The position numbers were made by a program, and so were the translations under genes. From positions 1,157-65,156 of the forward strand of contig CANAUI010000001.1 of the NCBI GenBank assembly GCA_947364715.1: a DNA stretch of 64,000 nt, read 5' to 3'. Source of the DNA: an uncultured Clostridium sp. GTDB taxonomy: Bacteria; Bacillota; Clostridia; TANB77; CAG-508. Position 1 is the stretch's first letter; each line of letters begins with the position of its first letter. The notes under the pieces are model-generated. The model ran no database searches and had not been told where the DNA came from. It saw only the letters and a program-made list of their open reading frames with translations. Shown here piece after piece: positions 39,058-51,496 of this stretch.

Positions 39058-40914
39058 TTAATTTCCTTTTAATCTAGCGAATCCATAGAAGTTACTTCCA
39101 TTCCACCATCCGTTTTTATATTTTCTTATTCTTACACCAGAAGGATTACCTCCTGTATCAATAATCCACTCATCAGTTTCACCATTTATAGTAAGTTCAC
39201 CCATATAAATACCAATATGAGATATACTACCAGGTTCACCAGTATCATAGGTATCTTTTAAGAAAATTAAATCTCCTGCTTTTCTGTCAGTTACAGACAC
39301 AGGATAGCAATATCCATTATAAATTCCTTGTGCCCCTGTGTTTGGGATTGTTATAATTCCACAATGTGCTAGGCAATGTATAACCCAACTTGAACAATCA
39401 TAGTAACTCATACACTCATCATATTTTAAATTACTATGATCCATTAAATATCTAACTCCTATATTCTTTAAAAACTCATTGTAAATTGCTTGTATTTGTT
39501 CATCACCAATACTTACACTTAAATAAGCATATCTTTCTTTAAAACTTCCACTAAATAAATCAAAGAAAGTATTTGAATTATATAATAATTTTATTTGTTC
39601 AACTTCACTATCTGTAAATTTAGTTTGTTTAGAATCATATTTTAATTTCTTAGCTTTTTTATATTTATTAATTTTACTAAAATTGTTATTACACCAGTTT
39701 ATATAATCATTTAGGGAAGGATTAGAAACAATTTTCTTTGTTTCTGTAACAGTTTGTTTTTTGGTAGTTTTATTACCATTTCTGTCTGTTTCTTCTATCG
39801 TTTTTTCGTAAGTATAGGTTTCTTCGGATATTTTTTCATACAAACCAGCATCCTTAAAAGAATTTAAAAGTTCTTTCTCAGCATTATCAAATACTAAATC
39901 TCCATTAAGCATCTGAATTATAGAAAGTGGAGCTTTCCAATTTATAAATCCTTTTCCTTCTATTGTACCTTGAACGATTTTTCCTTGATTATAATATTCT
40001 ACAGTTTGTTTGTCATACTCATCTTGAATAGAAATCATAAATTGTTCATAGTTCTTTTTAGTATCTTCACTCATTCCTAAACCGAAAAAACTACAAAATG
40101 CTACTATTACAACAAGTATAATAATAACTGGTGCAATCTCTGGTAACATAGAAATTATTAATTTCATTACACTTGCTATTAGTTTCATTAGTAGTTTCAT
40201 TATTCTTATCATAAGATGTGTTGTTTTCTGAACTACTTTTGTTCCAACTTTTTTAACAACTTTTTTTGTACCTTCTGCAACAAGATTTGTAGCTTTGTGT
40301 GTAACTTTATTTGCAACCTTTTTTACTGGCTTTGTCATTATTCTATTAGAGGTATGTTCAAAACTTTTTAAACCACCTTCATTTAATCCCGTATTTATGT
40401 TTTTACCAGTTTTAATTACTTTATTAGTAGTATTGCTAATAATTTTCGCACCTTTTATAGTAGTTGCAATTCTTTTAGGTATTTTACTATGTTTATTAGA
40501 AGTGTTGTCTATATTATTTTCTAAATTATTTGTAGTTTCAATATTATCAGCATTTTCAATGCTTTCATTATCTAATATTTGTGTTTTAATTCTAATATTA
40601 TTGGTATTAACAATCTTTTGTATATCATTGCTATTATTTGTTTGTAGCTCATCATAACTTTCTACTTTTGTTTCAAGTTTAGTTTGTGGTTGAATTGTGG
40701 TATTTTCTATTTCATCTGTAGAGTTATCTATAGATGTTTCTAATCTATTGGATTTAATATCACTTTCAGTTATTTTATCTAATTGTTCTGAATACCACTT
40801 ATTGATTGCATTTGCACTATCTAAAACAAGGTTTGTACTTTTATTTGCATAATCAGAATATTTACTTAAAGAATTTGCAATATCCTTATTAGAATTATTG
40901 TTTTCATTTTCCAT
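39058..40914 (-). CDS. conjugative-transfer cell-wall hydrolase, C-terminal NlpC/P60 domain
   Basis: C-terminus ...DCSSWVIHCLAHCG...GDLIFL...ISHIGIYMG (Cys/His catalytic residues). N-terminal TM and long coiled-coil/low-complexity region. Position next to VirB4, as Orf14/TcpG/PrgK analogues. Confidence 0.75.
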   Translation of the reverse strand: MENENNNSNKDIANSLSKYSDYANKSTNLVLDSANAINKWYSEQLDKITESDIKSNRLETSIDNSTDEIENTTIQPQTKLETKVESYDELQTNNSNDIQKIVNTNNIRIKTQILDNESIENADNIETTNNLENNIDNTSNKHSKIPKRIATTIKGAKIISNTTNKVIKTGKNINTGLNEGGLKSFEHTSNRIMTKPVKKVANKVTHKATNLVAEGTKKVVKKVGTKVVQKTTHLMIRIMKLLMKLIASVMKLIISMLPEIAPVIIILVVIVAFCSFFGLGMSEDTKKNYEQFMISIQDEYDKQTVEYYNQGKIVQGTIEGKGFINWKAPLSIIQMLNGDLVFDNAEKELLNSFKDAGLYEKISEETYTYEKTIEETDRNGNKTTKKQTVTETKKIVSNPSLNDYINWCNNNFSKINKYKKAKKLKYDSKQTKFTDSEVEQIKLLYNSNTFFDLFSGSFKERYAYLSVSIGDEQIQAIYNEFLKNIGVRYLMDHSNLKYDECMSYYDCSSWVIHCLAHCGIITIPNTGAQGIYNGYCYPVSVTDRKAGDLIFLKDTYDTGEPGSISHIGIYMGELTINGETDEWIIDTGGNPSGVRIRKYKNGWWNGSNFYGFARLKGN

Positions 40915-40924
40915 TTACTAACTC

Positions 40925-43354
40925 CTAAGCCACTTTAAGTTGCATATTTGATGTTTGATTTAATTCATATATATAAGATTCTTTTGAAATTTGATTTCTA
41001 AAAGGAACTTTATCTTCACCATACACCAATATTCCTTGACCTGCTGGAGAATCCATCACATACCTTGATTCCTCCTCCGAAATATCGAATATTTTACATA
41101 TAGCAGGTAGGTCCAAAGCCTTTTGTTTTAAAATCATTGCAAATTCTGAATTAGACAGTATTTTACATCCCTGTTCATTTTTAATTACATCTCCGAATGT
41201 TTTGCGTAATTATAGTAGGTATCGCATTTTCCTTTCTTCCGAGTTTTATAGATTTTAGCAATGTAATCAGCAGAGTAGGGATTTGCTAACAATATGTGAA
41301 ACTCATCAATGAAAATCCAAGTATGTTTTCCTAAATTTTTGTTTCTTTTTAATCTGTTCATAATATGCTCTAAAACAACAAGATAACCAGTTGTCTGAAT
41401 AGAACGAGGTAACTCTGATATATCAAAAGAAATTAAACGGTTTTTAATTTCAATGTTTGTTTTTTTAGAGAATATATCCATTCCACCTAGAACATATCTT
41501 TCGAGAACTAAAGCAAGGTTTTTAGCCTCTCTTTCTGGTTGTTTCATTAATTCTTCATAGAATTTTATAAAATCTGGTTCATATTGCTCACTAAAATTAT
41601 GAATCTGATATTCCTCATATATATTTTTAGTACATCTATCAACAAGTGTTTTTTGTTCTCCTGAAAGACCAGCACTTGATACAAGCGATTCTATAAATGC
41701 TAATGAAAATTCTATTTTATTATTTAGAGTTTCTTCATCATTCTCATATTGCAAAGAAGAATCAAAAGGATTTATATATGTGTTGCTAGAGGTACTAATA
41801 TTTAATGTTTGCCCTCCAAAGGCATCAATTAATGGTTTATATTCTCCGTTGCGGATCTAAAATAACAATTTCATCTTGTGGGTGTCTCAATAGAACTTGC
41901 TCTATATTTAGTTTTATTGAGAATGATTTTCCAGCACCACTTGTTGCCAAAACACATCCATTGCCATTTAATAATCTTTTTCTATCTGCAAAGACTGGAT
42001 TTTTTGATACTAGGTTAATTCCATAGAATATACTATTTTCGTGCATTAAATCTTTGGTGTTGAATGGAACATTTGCAGCGGTACTTTCTGATGTTAAAGA
42101 CCTTTGCATTTGTAAAGTATTATAACCAAAGGCAAGACAGTTTTGTAATCCTTCAAGTTGCTGCCAGTCTAAATTATAAATTGCGATTAAATGCTCACTA
42201 GCAATACTTTTTATCATTTTAGTTTCTTTTTCTAGTTCATCCAAACTATCTGATTGAATACAGATAAGAATATTATTAGTAAATAGTTTTTGCTTTTTCT
42301 TTTGTAAGGCATCTCTTAAAGATTGAGCATCTCTTAAAGCATCTTCTAATTTCTCATCTCTAACTGCCTCATAACTGTAGTTATTCTTATTGGCTTTTTT
42401 AATCTTTTCAAGTCTTTCAGTTTTCATACCACTTATTTTTTTATTAACCTTTTGTATAGTCTTTGATGGATCTGTAGGAGTTATATTAAGTGTTGTTATG
42501 ATATTACAGTTTTCTAGTGTAGAAATTCTATTATAAAATCTAGGAGTTATAGATTTAGGTAATCTGCTAACATACATTACTCTAATAAACTTTTTATTTC
42601 CTATGCTTATATAATTTTTCTCTCTTAAAGAAACATCTTCTTTACTTGCTAGAACATCATAAATGCTTAAATTATTATCTTTAGCATATCCAATAATATC
42701 AGTAATTCCTTCATCTTCCATTAAATTAGTATGGAACAAATTATATAAAGGTGCTAATCTTTCACCAATACTTATCCTTCTAATTTTAGATTTTAATTCC
42801 TTAAATTTTTCTTCTGTTCTTAACTGATATTGCATAAAAATATCTTGTGCATCTGCTAGACTTTCTGCTTTTGTACTTATTGTTATAAGTCTAGTATCAC
42901 AAGATATATTTTCTTTATTTCCTAAACAATTTTCAATTTGTGTATTAAATTCTTTTCCTATCCTTAACTCATTTCCTTGTAGTTTGTTTTCATCATATAT
43001 ATAATTCTTTTTATAATCAACTCTTTTTACTGGTGTACCTATTTTTATGACTTGGATATGGTCATTGAAGTTAAATGAATGTAAATATGATACCCATTTT
43101 AAAAATATGCTTTCTTGTGTTTCATAGTCAGCCTTTGAAAAGGATATATCTTGATATTCAAAGCATATAGAATAGTGTTCATCATCTAACTGTAGGATAG
43201 AAGTATTTTCGTTATAAGATTTAAAAAACATATTCATAATTTGAGATGTAGTGCGAGGTTTTGCTATTTTATTTGCTTTTCGTTTTTTTAAGAAAAGACT
43301 AAATCTTGATTCTCTCTTACTTTTTGTTTCTTTCTCTTTTTTTACTTTAGTCAA
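40925..43354 (-). pseudogene. VirB4/TraE-family conjugative ATPase split into three ORFs by frameshifts
   Basis: Walker A LATSGAGKSFSIK ...EIVILDPQ then frameshift (~41850). Continues NGEYKPLIDAFGGQTLNISTSS...HTWIFIDEFH (Walker B). Second frameshift ~41150..41185, then a 70-aa tail. Confidence 0.75.
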
Positions 43355-43611
43355 ACTATATTATCCTCCTTATCTTGTTTTAGAAGGTCTGTAATAAGAT
43401 ACATTTCTCCTTCTTTTAATTGCTTAAACATAGATGTAAGTGTTTCTTGACCTACAACTGGTTGACCTTTTAACTTCATTTTATAAATGTTAAACAAATC
43501 AACTCTAGTTTCTAAAAGTGGATGCTTGTTATTAAAAACCCTCATCCACTTTGCATTAAAATTATTCAAATAATAATTTAAAAATTTTATTTCCCATTTT
43601 GTTAATTTCAT
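43351..43611 (-). CDS. small hypothetical protein
   Basis: 86-aa ORF between the VirB4 and PrgI-like genes. Confidence 0.35.
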   Translation of the reverse strand: MKLTKWEIKFLNYYLNNFNAKWMRVFNNKHPLLETRVDLFNIYKMKLKGQPVVGQETLTSMFKQLKEGEMYLITDLLKQDKEDNIV

Positions 43612-43616
43612 AATTA

Positions 43617-44217
43617 TTACCTCTCTAATAGTTTCAAAAGAGCATCTTGCTGTTCTTTTGATAATTTAGAAAGTTTCTCTGATAGTTCATTTCCTTTATC
43701 ACTATAGTTATTGTCTTTCTCTATAATTTTATTTTGAGATTTATTATCAGTAATCCCATATTTCTTTTTAGCTTTTTGTAGTAGCTTTTCTTGTTTTTGC
43801 TTTTTCTTTAATTCCTTAATTTCATTTTTCTTAATTTTTGCAGTATTTTTATTAGTTTCTTTAGTAACTATTTGCTTTTTCTTACTACTTTCTTGATGTT
43901 GATTCTTAAATTCTTCATCAGTTATATAGTGAATTGGTTTAGCAAAGCATAAATAATGCCTGAACCAGTAAGGTAGGATTTTTTCGGCTGGTAGCTCGTG
44001 TATTTTAACAAATCCTATGAATCCAAGAATTCCTGCTATTCCGAATTACTATATAACTTGTTATTTCACTACCAATCTTATCTTTTAGTAAAAGATAAGT
44101 AGGAACTACTAAAGCAACTATTAATATAGCAAAAAACCATTGTCTAAAATTAAAGAAATATATCTTTTCCTTATAATCATTTATCTCATCAAAAACAGTT
44201 ATCTCTATATTATCCAT
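43617..44217 (-). pseudogene. small membrane T4SS component (PrgI/Orf17-like candidate) with one frameshift
   Basis: MDNIEITVFDEINDYKEKIYFFNFRQWFFAILIVALVVPTYLL...SEITSY then frameshift (~44010). Continues GIAGILGFIGFVKIHELPAEKILPYWFRHYL... with a Lys-rich coiled-coil tail. Confidence 0.4.
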
Positions 44218-44221
44218 AATC

Positions 44222-45050
44222 TTAATGACCTCCTGTTAGTTTTTCTGCAAATTGGCTAGCATACTGTATTATTGCAAGATACATACCATTTAGGAACAAC
44301 ATTGCAACTATAGTGGATATTGCATTTGTTGAACCAACTGTAGAACTTAGTCCAGATAAGCCAATCGCATAAATATTTGTAGCCAAGTAAATAATAATTG
44401 CCTCTATTCCTACAGATGCTGCAAACAGAAAATACTGAATTGCTTTTCCTCTACCTTCATCATCTACAGATAAGGCAAGAGGGATAGGGGCAAAGGCAAA
44501 GCAAAATATTAATTTTACTACTCTTAAAAATATTTGTGTCAGTATCTGAACAATTGTGGTCATGAACGGAATAAATAGTATTAGATATAATCCGATATGT
44601 CATAATACTATCTACGAATCCGATCGGGAATCGCATTTATAAGAGTATCTGCAATATTAATGTTAGAATTATTATTACTTAATACATTTGTAACACTAAC
44701 AAATATGTCATTTACAATATTCATTATTGCGGACATAAAACTATAGCCATTCATAATGAAATATTTTAATAATAAAAAAGCTATAAAAGACATAGCCAAC
44801 CTCTCCCAAGAGATTCTATCTACTTCCATAGCTTTTTTTATTAGATTTATCATAAAGAAAAGAATAAGCAAACTTAGTGCTACAGGAACAATACAGTCAT
44901 TTACTACTTTTCCAATGGACCAAATATTAATATTTTGAACACTTGAAAAATTGGTTAATTGTTGTACTGAACCAATTAAATTACCACTATCTAAGGTAAC
45001 TCCGAAATACTGTAAATTTAAAACTATAGAGAATTCTTATAATTCCATCC
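44222..45050 (-). pseudogene. VirB6/TrbL-like polytopic membrane protein, fragmented by at least 2 frameshifts
   Basis: Consecutive hydrophobic ORF pieces (44222..44563, 44608..44871, and an upstream piece reading into 44871). Synteny between VirB2-like and VirB4. Confidence 0.4.
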
Positions 45051-45071
45051 AATTATAAATTTCCTCCTCTT

Positions 45072-45401
45072 TTATAGTCCAAATAAGTTCTTTGACTGAG
45101 CAATAGCAACTAACATAAACCCAGCCATTAGTGTCATAAGTCCACGACTTTTACCTTCGGCATCCTCACGTTGCCAACCTAAAGCAAACATTACTCCACC
45201 AACTAAAGCTACAACTCCACCAATCTTTGTAAGCCAATCACAAGCAAAATTGATGAAAGAATCAATAGATTCTGTTCCAGATGCAGCACACACTCTGCTA
45301 GTACCAAGCATTAAAGTAACACCTATACTTGTGCTTATTGTAATTAATTTAGATTTTAATTTATTTTTATTTTCTTTAAAACTTTTTATTAAGTTTTTCA
45401 T
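45072..45401 (-). CDS. VirB2/TrbC-like pilin-type protein (signal peptide + two hydrophobic segments)
   Basis: Signal peptide ...SRVCAAS then IGGVVALVGGVMFALGW and LMTLMAGFMLVAIA. Confidence 0.4.
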   Translation of the reverse strand: MKNLIKSFKENKNKLKSKLITISTSIGVTLMLGTSRVCAASGTESIDSFINFACDWLTKIGGVVALVGGVMFALGWQREDAEGKSRGLMTLMAGFMLVAIAQSKNLFGL

Positions 45402-45496
45402 AAATCCTCCTAACTATAAAAAGGGGCAATCCCCTATATAGTTAGAAAATAACTATTATAATTTAGAGAATTGCCTCCTAAATTATTCAATTATTT

Positions 45497-47475
45497 TTAA
45501 GCAACTTTTAAATCTTCTAATTGTATTGCACCAGACTTTAAAAGTTCTTTTACTTCTTGTTTATCAACCTTTTCAATTTTTGAATTTTGAATAGGTTTAA
45601 CAAATTGTAATCCCAAATCATATAACAATTTATAATTGAAATTTTCTTGATATTCCAATTCTTGCTTATGATCGTATAACTTATTGTTATTATTTGCCCA
45701 AGGTTCGTATAAATCCGAATAATTTGGGTGTTCATTTAAGTTGTATAATTTGGAGTAAAAAGCTCCAACTGTAGATATAAAAATAATACAGTAACCTTTC
45801 TGCATTTTGGATAATTCATCTAAAGTTGCCAACTCTCTACCTACAATATCCCAATTTGTGCTACTAGAACCTTGTTTTGAGAAAGTTCTACCTGTGCTTT
45901 TCTTATACCAAGTCTTTTTACCGAGTAAAGCCACAATATATTCAAGTGTTTCTTTACTATTACTACCAAGAAATAGGGTAGTATCAACACAATCCAAAAC
46001 TGATTCCCAACTGTCTTTATATTTCTTTTTTAATTGACTTAGAGATTGTAAACCGAATTGTTATTCCGTACATTTAAGCCTCTAAGATAAGCCAGTTCTT
46101 CTACAAATCGAGGTATTTCTCCGTAACTGAGCCCATTCATCCATATAAATTTCCAAAGGTGTAACAAGACTTCCACCAAGTCTTTTAGCATTTTCATCTA
46201 TCATAGCAAATACCTGTGTGTAGAAAATACTTGCCAAGAAATTGAAAGTAGAATCGCTGGGTTTTGTAATAATAAAGTAAGCTACTTTTCCATTTCCTAT
46301 ATGTTTTCCAGTATCTGCATTGATTTTCTGTAGAATAGGTGAGTTATCATTAATAGGCATACCAATTCTTTCTAGTTCCATATCATCAGTATTAGTCAAA
46401 TCTGATATTTCCTTAATGTTAAAGGCTGCGAGCCTTGCAGTCGCAACCATGATGATGGTCGACATCATCTTTGGAGCAGAGGCAGCAACCTTGAAATGCT
46501 TATATTGTTTTACTCCAATGTGGTCTGGTTCTTCTCTAGCCCAATTATCAAAAAGTTTATCTAAAGGAGAAACACCTGTTGAATCTGGATTAGATAAACG
46601 AATTAATTTCAAAATAGTTGAAAAATTTTGATGTGGTTTATCATAATGCCTAATAGTATAGTAAAACAATGCTTGAAGGTAAATCATCTCTGATTTTTCC
46701 CAGAAGGGATCTCCACTTGTATTTTCAATATTTTCACTCTTCGTATTAACCATTAAAGTATTAATTAAGGTCATTACATCATCTTCTTGTATTTTATGAT
46801 TAGGATTTTCATTTCCTATTATTTCTTCAAAAGTAGGTAATTCTTTTATATATACAAAAGGATTATAATGATTAGATTTTGATTTTTCATCCAAATTTAG
46901 AACCTTAATTGTATAACCTTTTTTCTTCAATGAATATCCACAATCTCTAAGCAGTTCTCCGTTTAGGATCTGTTACTATTATAGTACCAGTCGCATTTAG
47001 GATGTTAGGCTTAAAATAGTAACGAGATTTACCGAGTACCAGGTCTACCAAGTAATATTACATGCCTATTCATTCCACTCTTTTTCATATTTTTAGAAAT
47101 GAACTCTGTTTGAGATAAAATCATATTGTTTTCAAAAACTTTATCTCTTTTGTTTTCAATATCTTTTGAAGTTCTCCATTCAGCAGAACCATAAGTGTTC
47201 TCTTGCACATTTCTTTTGTTTTGCATACGATAAGTTTCATATATCATAAGCATAAAAAAAGACACTCCCGCAGATATTGCAAGATTTTTACTTGTAATAT
47301 CTATTGGAGTGTTTAATTTATATATATTATTAAGAGCAATATTGAAAAATTCTAAATCCCAAATTCCATTATTACTATTTACTAGAGTTGTTACTCTAAG
47401 CATATAATAGAATATAATTACAAATGTTATAAATAAAAACAAGTATGGTGGCTTTTTATTTTTCTTTACTAACAT
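45497..47475 (-). pseudogene. type IV coupling protein (VirD4/TraG family) split into three ORFs by frameshifts
   Basis: N-terminal TM helices...NRHVILLGRPGT (P-loop) then frameshift. ...NHYNPF...GDPFWE...YMDEWAQL then frameshift. ...TLFLGSNSKETLEYIVALLGKKTW... Confidence 0.75.
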
Positions 47476-47488
47476 ATAATCACCATCC

Positions 47489-47908
47489 TTAATATTCCAA
47501 ATTTATAGAATCTTCTTTTTCTTTTATTTGATTTGTAATTATATTCGCATTTTTAAACTCTTTTAATTCATCAATAGTATAATCTTCCCAAGTCCAGTCA
47601 AAAGCACCTAAAGAATAAACTTTTTTCTGTCCTTCTGTAGTATTAATAATATGTCCTTTAATTTTTTCTGACAAAATTATTTTCCCATCTTCTTTTTCAG
47701 TAATACGATAGTAATCATTCTTTTCATCATATTTAATCTTAAAATTAGAAGTCGAAAAATTATGAGCAATTAGATCTGCTACATATTTTTCAAAACATGG
47801 CGTAGCCCATCCATTCCAACGTCTATCTTCAATATGATACCCTTCATAATATTCATTGTTATCTATATTGAAATATGCTTTTTTTTCTAAATTCTCTATA
47901 CTAATCAC
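47489..47908 (-). CDS. hypothetical protein
   Basis: 139-aa ORF. Confidence 0.45.
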   Translation of the reverse strand: MISIENLEKKAYFNIDNNEYYEGYHIEDRRWNGWATPCFEKYVADLIAHNFSTSNFKIKYDEKNDYYRITEKEDGKIILSEKIKGHIINTTEGQKKVYSLGAFDWTWEDYTIDELKEFKNANIITNQIKEKEDSINLEY

Positions 47909-49151
47909 CTGCCTCTTTTTCTATTTCATTATCAAAATTAACCTCTATCTCTTTAGGATTTTCAGCTATAGTAGGGGAGTTGTTTGCATCTTTTTCTAAT
48001 TGTTCAAAAATATGCAATCTTTCTAGTTCTTCACTTACTACATCTCTTTTTTTTTCTTTTTCTGCAAGTTCCTTTAAGTCTGCCTTTGCAACAGTCCAGA
48101 AGCACTCATTTTCTTGCCTTTTCATAATATAATTTTTACCAGATAAAGTAGAATATATTTGTTTCTCCTCATCACCAGTTTTACTTTTAAAAGAAACTAG
48201 CTCCTCTTGCGACTGGATATTCCATTGAAAGTTTTTATTATTGTTTCCATATACATACATTTGCCCATAGTCATTAAAGCCCAATTCATTGTATCTTTCA
48301 AGATGTTTATTTTCAAAATATATGTTAGCAATTTTTTCTTCATCTTCATTTTCAATGATTTTAATACCATAAGGAATATCTGCAACTTCAAGATCATCTT
48401 CAATAGACATAAATGAAGAAAAAGGCATCTCGTGAACACAATAATCTTGCTTAAATTTATCTATTCCTACATTTCCCATATCATGTAATTTGAATTTATC
48501 TGATAGATTTCTTAATTGTTCTGAATTTAGACTTTTTCCACCATTTCTTAGTTGTTCGATTGCAGATTGTGTATTTTCATCAAATAGTTTTTGTGAAATA
48601 CCAGTTCTATACTCTATTAAATCTGCTATTCTATCAGCCATATAAGGAGCTTTTGATTTGTTATAGTATATATTATAATATTTATTTTTATGATGCTTAA
48701 CCTCTGTATTTTGCTTATCCTGATATTTTTTTATAACTGAATCTAATTTAATAAATTTAGTAGCTTTAGGAAAATGTGCCTTTAAATCACTAAGTTGCTT
48801 TATTTTACGAGCATATCTTGTGATTCTTTTTTGTTCATACAAAGATTTCTTTTTTCCAAATTCACTATCTTCTGTAGATAATTTTCTTTCTGATGCAACC
48901 ACTCTAATACCATCATTTTGGCATTTCTGCATTATCCTAATGGTTTCATCATAGGAAAGATTAGTTAGTTTTTCCAGTTCTTTCGTAGGTCCATCTTTTT
49001 GAACTGCCTTAATTCCTTCTAAGAAGTAGTGATACCCAAATATGGATAAAGGTTTTAACAAATATTTAAAACTATCTTTTATACCTGTTTTTGTTGCTCT
49101 TGTAGCACCTTCATAAACTTGTGCTGCATCCGATTTATTACTTGCCTGCAT
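47901..49151 (-). CDS. hypothetical conjugative-element protein
   Basis: 416-aa ORF, start overlaps the primase stop. Confidence 0.5.
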   Translation of the reverse strand: MQASNKSDAAQVYEGATRATKTGIKDSFKYLLKPLSIFGYHYFLEGIKAVQKDGPTKELEKLTNLSYDETIRIMQKCQNDGIRVVASERKLSTEDSEFGKKKSLYEQKRITRYARKIKQLSDLKAHFPKATKFIKLDSVIKKYQDKQNTEVKHHKNKYYNIYYNKSKAPYMADRIADLIEYRTGISQKLFDENTQSAIEQLRNGGKSLNSEQLRNLSDKFKLHDMGNVGIDKFKQDYCVHEMPFSSFMSIEDDLEVADIPYGIKIIENEDEEKIANIYFENKHLERYNELGFNDYGQMYVYGNNNKNFQWNIQSQEELVSFKSKTGDEEKQIYSTLSGKNYIMKRQENECFWTVAKADLKELAEKEKKRDVVSEELERLHIFEQLEKDANNSPTIAENPKEIEVNFDNEIEKEAGD

Positions 49152-51496
49152 TAAGCCATCACCTCTTTTTCCATTTGTATTGAATATAATTTAAAATACT
49201 TTTTATAGAATTCATCTAATGTTAATCTGCTATGAAATTTCTTTTTATGCTCATTATTATCTATTTTATATTCACTCATATTGGCTTGATTAGCTTGATT
49301 ATTTAATATTTCTATTCTATTATCCTCTTTTTTATATAATTGTTTTGGAATATAAATTTGCTTTGTATCATCTATTGGAAGATACATACCATTATAAGTT
49401 TCCTTCTCTTTACCTGATAATTTTATAAAAATAGACATAGGCTTAGATTCTTTTATTTTCTCTTTTTCTACAATAGTTTCTTTTTGTGGTTCTATTTCCT
49501 GTTTAATCTCATATTCAGTATTTTTAATACTTTCAGCAGTTAATCCTAAAATATTTTTATTGTTATTAAATACTAATAAAGTTTTAAATTTCTCGTTATT
49601 TACAAACTCTCTACTCATTGCAGATTTCATATCATCCGAATATGCAAAACCATACCTAACAGCCTCCATTACCATTTCATTTTTAAAACGAGAAATAGAC
49701 TGTTCTTTTAATAGTTTTTCATAACTTTTAGGGAATAATTTTTCAAATTGCTCATGAGAATTTGCAATGAAAATTTCCTCAAACTCATCTGGATTATTCT
49801 CAATATATTCCTTAATATTATTATCAAAACTATCATTGTATTGTTTTATTACAAGTTCTTTTTGTTCTTTAGATAAATTAAGACTTACTTTATTTCCTTT
49901 AGAATCAAAAGCCTTAACATTATCTAATAGGTGTTCAAGGATAAAAATTTTATCATTTTGAAAATTGATATATTGTTCTGATTTGAATATATAATTCTTA
50001 ATATAACTACCTATATTAACAGTTAAACTATCATCTTTTAAATATTGTTCATTATCTAAAGATTTGATTAAAGTATTAGAATCTAGTTTTCCAGATTCTA
50101 TATATTTTAATAAAATGTTATCCTGATGCTTGTTAGCACAATTTTTTATCAATCCGATTATATAGTAATAGAAAAATACATCCTTATATCTATTAACTCT
50201 GTTTTCTTTTACTTCTGTAGGATTAATAATTTTTTCTATTTCATCATTTGAATAATCAGAATTATTAGTTATAAATTCTTTAAAATTTAAAGCATCTTTT
50301 GTATCTTTTATTAATCTATCTTTACACATTTTATTGTATATATTGTGGATATTTTCTACAGATAATTCTTTATTTTGAATATATTTATATTTTAGTAAAA
50401 AAGTAAATGCAGATATTTTTGTCTGATATACTTGCTCTCTCGTTATATTTGCCATTTGTAAATCTCCAAAATCTTTATAATTGCCTAACTTAGCAACATC
50501 TAATACATTTACTTTTAATTTTGCTTTTAATAATTCTGGAATAATCCTAATCATAGCCTCTTTACCTGCATTATCATTATCTAAACAAAGAGTTACCTCA
50601 CATTTTAGTTTTTTTATTAAGTCTATATGCTCTTTTGTTAGTGCTGTTCCCATTGAACCAACTACATTATCTATTTTCATTGCTTTTGCAGAAATTACAT
50701 CCATATATCCTTCAACAATAATAAGTTCATCATTTCTAGCATAAGATTTAGCCCTATGATAATTGAATAATACATTGCTTTTATTGAATATTTCTGTTTC
50801 TTTGGTATTCAAGTATTTAGGTTTTATACTATCATTTATTGCTCTTGCACCAAATCCTACTGCATTTCCGTTACTGTCAAAGATAGGGATAGTTATTCTA
50901 TTGATAAAGACATCTGTGTAACCATTACTAGATTCTTTAACAATTCCAACTTCTATCAGATCATCCAAAGAATATTTTGATAAAAGATTATTCATTACAT
51001 TATTTGTACCTACATTAAAACCAATATGAAATTGACTTATAATTTCTGTAGATAAATTCCTATTTTTTAAATACTTTAAAGCATTTTGACAGTCAACATT
51101 ATTTACTTTTAGATTATTTTCACTAATTGTAATTGCATCTTTTAAAATATTATTCAGTCTTTGTACTCTTTGTTGTTCTTCTGTTAAAGGTGTATTATTA
51201 CTAGGAATTGTAATGTTTAGTCCTTGAATATCAATAGCCTTTTGCATTGCATCTTTAAAACTAATTTGATTATGATTTATCTCATTTTCATATTTTTGGA
51301 TGAAAGAAATTGCATTTCCACCACTTCCACAAACGAAACACTTTGCGATTCCTTTACCAGAGTGAATACTCATAGATGGGTGAGTGTCATTATGAAAAGG
51401 ACAGTTACATTTATTTTTTGTAACTTTTAATCCATAATGTTCTAATATCGTTTGAATATTAGAACTATTTAATATATCCTCGTAAACATCACTCAT
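49151..51496 (-). CDS. DnaG-type DNA primase (CHC2 zinc finger + TOPRIM) with long C-terminal extension
   Basis: CPFHNDTHPSMSI...KCFVCGSGGNAISF zinc finger. TOPRIM LIIVEGYMDVIS...LCLDNDNAGKEA. Confidence 0.8.
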   Translation of the reverse strand: MSDVYEDILNSSNIQTILEHYGLKVTKNKCNCPFHNDTHPSMSIHSGKGIAKCFVCGSGGNAISFIQKYENEINHNQISFKDAMQKAIDIQGLNITIPSNNTPLTEEQQRVQRLNNILKDAITISENNLKVNNVDCQNALKYLKNRNLSTEIISQFHIGFNVGTNNVMNNLLSKYSLDDLIEVGIVKESSNGYTDVFINRITIPIFDSNGNAVGFGARAINDSIKPKYLNTKETEIFNKSNVLFNYHRAKSYARNDELIIVEGYMDVISAKAMKIDNVVGSMGTALTKEHIDLIKKLKCEVTLCLDNDNAGKEAMIRIIPELLKAKLKVNVLDVAKLGNYKDFGDLQMANITREQVYQTKISAFTFLLKYKYIQNKELSVENIHNIYNKMCKDRLIKDTKDALNFKEFITNNSDYSNDEIEKIINPTEVKENRVNRYKDVFFYYYIIGLIKNCANKHQDNILLKYIESGKLDSNTLIKSLDNEQYLKDDSLTVNIGSYIKNYIFKSEQYINFQNDKIFILEHLLDNVKAFDSKGNKVSLNLSKEQKELVIKQYNDSFDNNIKEYIENNPDEFEEIFIANSHEQFEKLFPKSYEKLLKEQSISRFKNEMVMEAVRYGFAYSDDMKSAMSREFVNNEKFKTLLVFNNNKNILGLTAESIKNTEYEIKQEIEPQKETIVEKEKIKESKPMSIFIKLSGKEKETYNGMYLPIDDTKQIYIPKQLYKKEDNRIEILNNQANQANMSEYKIDNNEHKKKFHSRLTLDEFYKKYFKLYSIQMEKEVMA

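Noticed and set aside
40295-40657. Plus-strand 120-aa hydrophobic ORF inside the NlpC/P60 hydrolase gene, and similar antisense ORFs (31315..31608, 35565..35801, 46320..46631, 48207..48416, 49767..49961, 50481..50744, 51224..51430, 51599..51790, 52019..52210, 45550..45735, 45807..46037)
   Set aside because: All embedded antisense in long, motif-supported minus-strand genes. No RBS.
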